Assembly (NCBI GenBank): GCA_965212225.1
Contig: OZ243106.1
Location: forward strand, 2,891,374-2,955,373
Source: Phycisphaerales bacterium
GTDB taxonomy: Bacteria; Planctomycetota; Phycisphaerae; Phycisphaerales; UBA1924
Reading direction: 5' to 3'
DNA: 64,000 nucleotides
Positions 62,977 to 64,000 of this stretch are shown here, piece by piece. Each line of letters starts with the position of its first letter. Within the stretch, counting starts at the first letter, position 1. The notes beneath the pieces are model-generated. The model searched no databases. It was not told where the DNA came from and saw only the letters and a program-made list of their open reading frames with translations. Position numbers and translations under genes: made by a program.

Positions 62977-64000
62977 ATGGTCAAGCGGAATCTCACACCC
63001 CGACTCCTTGCCGCGGCGGCATCCTTCCCGGCGGTGACGCTGACCGGGCCTCGCCAGAGCGGGAAGTCCACGCTGTGCCGCGCGTTGTTTCCGGACCATC
63101 CGTACTCGAACCTCGAAGCGCCGGATGTCCGGGAGTTCGCCACCAGCGACCCCAGGGGGTTCCTCGCCCAGTTCCCGAAGGGCGCGATCCTCGACGAGAT
63201 CCAGCGGGTGCCGAACCTCGCTTCGTACCTGCAGCCGATCATCGATGCCGACCCGAAGCCGGGGCGCTGGATCCTCACCGGGTCGCAGAACTTCGCGCTG
63301 CTGGAGTCGGTGAGCCAGTCGCTGGCCGGGCGTTCGGCGGTGCTGCACCTGCTGCCCTTGAGTTACGACGAGATCGCGCGGTTCGACGGTGCCCCGACGG
63401 ATCTCGAGACCGTGCTGCTCTCGGGCGGGTATCCGCGCATCTACGACCAGCGCATCCCCCCCACCGACTGGCTCGCGTCGTATGTCGCCACCTACATCGA
63501 GCGCGATGTGCGCAGCATCACGAATGTCGGCGACCTCGTGACCTTCCAGCGGTTCGTCGAGCTCTGCGCGGGGCGGACGAGCCAGTTGATCAATTACTCA
63601 TCGCTCGCCGCGGATGCGGGCGTGTCGCAGCCGACGGCGAAGTCGTGGCTGTCGGTGCTGGAGGCGAGCTTCATCCTGCATCGGTTGCCGGCGTGGAGCG
63701 GCAACCTGCGCAAACGACTGGTCAAGATGCCCAAGATGCACTTCCACGACTCGGGCCTCGCGTGCTGGCTGCTGGGCATCCGCAGCGCCGACCAGCTCCG
63801 CACGCACCCCTTGCGCGGCCCGATCTTCGAGAGCTGGGTGGTCGGCGAGATCCTCAAGCATCGCACCAACGCGGGGGAACGGGGCGGGCTGTCTTTCTAT
63901 CGCGACCAGCGCGGCCTGGAGGCGGACCTGCTGGTGGACACCCCGGACGGGCTGCGCGTGATCGAGGCCAAGGCGAGCCGCACACTGGCCTCGGATGTGT
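62977..64000 (+). CDS. AAA ATPase of the AAA_14/DUF4143 family (3' end beyond window)
   Basis: Hand-translated; not in the ORF track because there is no stop. MVKRNLTPRLL...VTLTGPRQSGKSTLCRAL (Walker A), AILDEIQRVP (Walker B), SLAGRSAVLHLLPLSYDE, then the DUF4143-type part YIERDVRSI...FQRFVELCAGRTSQLINYSSLAADAGVSQPTAKSWLSVLEASFI. The frame is open to 64000. Confidence 0.85.
   Translation, partial: MVKRNLTPRLLAAAASFPAVTLTGPRQSGKSTLCRALFPDHPYSNLEAPDVREFATSDPRGFLAQFPKGAILDEIQRVPNLASYLQPIIDADPKPGRWILTGSQNFALLESVSQSLAGRSAVLHLLPLSYDEIARFDGAPTDLETVLLSGGYPRIYDQRIPPTDWLASYVATYIERDVRSITNVGDLVTFQRFVELCAGRTSQLINYSSLAADAGVSQPTAKSWLSVLEASFILHRLPAWSGNLRKRLVKMPKMHFHDSGLACWLLGIRSADQLRTHPLRGPIFESWVVGEILKHRTNAGERGGLSFYRDQRGLEADLLVDTPDGLRVIEAKASRTLASDV

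Overview
GC-rich bacterial chromosomal window; almost all third codon positions are G/C, so long spurious antisense ORFs are everywhere. No phage, IS, integrase or CRISPR content was seen. Positions 1-16293 (minus strand) hold a near-complete S10-spc-alpha ribosomal protein supercluster: rpsJ, rplCDWB, rpsS, rplV, rpsC, rplP, rpmC, rpsQ, rplNXE, rpsN, rpsH, rplFR, rpsE, rplO, secY, map, rpmJ, rpsM, rpsK, rpoA and the start of rplQ. It lacks rpsD, adk and infA, and several proteins carry lineage-type extensions. The rest is mixed housekeeping and accessory content. It includes an exported hypothetical/lipoprotein cluster (16.8-21.8 kb), dus, a PP2C phosphatase, a CDF transporter, tRNA-Ser(UGA), an M14 carboxypeptidase, an LbH nucleotidyltransferase-like gene and polA. 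After tRNA-Asp(GUC) comes a 4-kb three-gene block ending at a decayed copy of the tRNA-Asp 3' half, then a 1706-aa multi-PAS/GAF HWE hybrid kinase and an SbtA/P-II-like pair. Also present are two PEP-CTERM proteins, one with HAF repeats, and a TetR-controlled redox/electrophile detox cluster with a readable promoter/operator. The most unusual locus is a tightly coupled minus-strand operon at 54.1-61.5 kb. It encodes a sigma-region-4-only HTH protein, a GAF-fused membrane-fusion protein, an M50 metalloprotease fused to a second HlyD-type domain, a C-terminally truncated SecA-like ATPase and a polytopic membrane protein. That is my best candidate for an uncharacterised export/processing system. 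The window ends inside a DUF4143-type AAA ATPase gene. The lineage looks Planctomycetota/Phycisphaerae-like (PEP-CTERM, HAF repeats, exported oxidoreductases, extended r-proteins), but this is a low-confidence impression. All homology calls are by-eye motif recognition; no searches were run.
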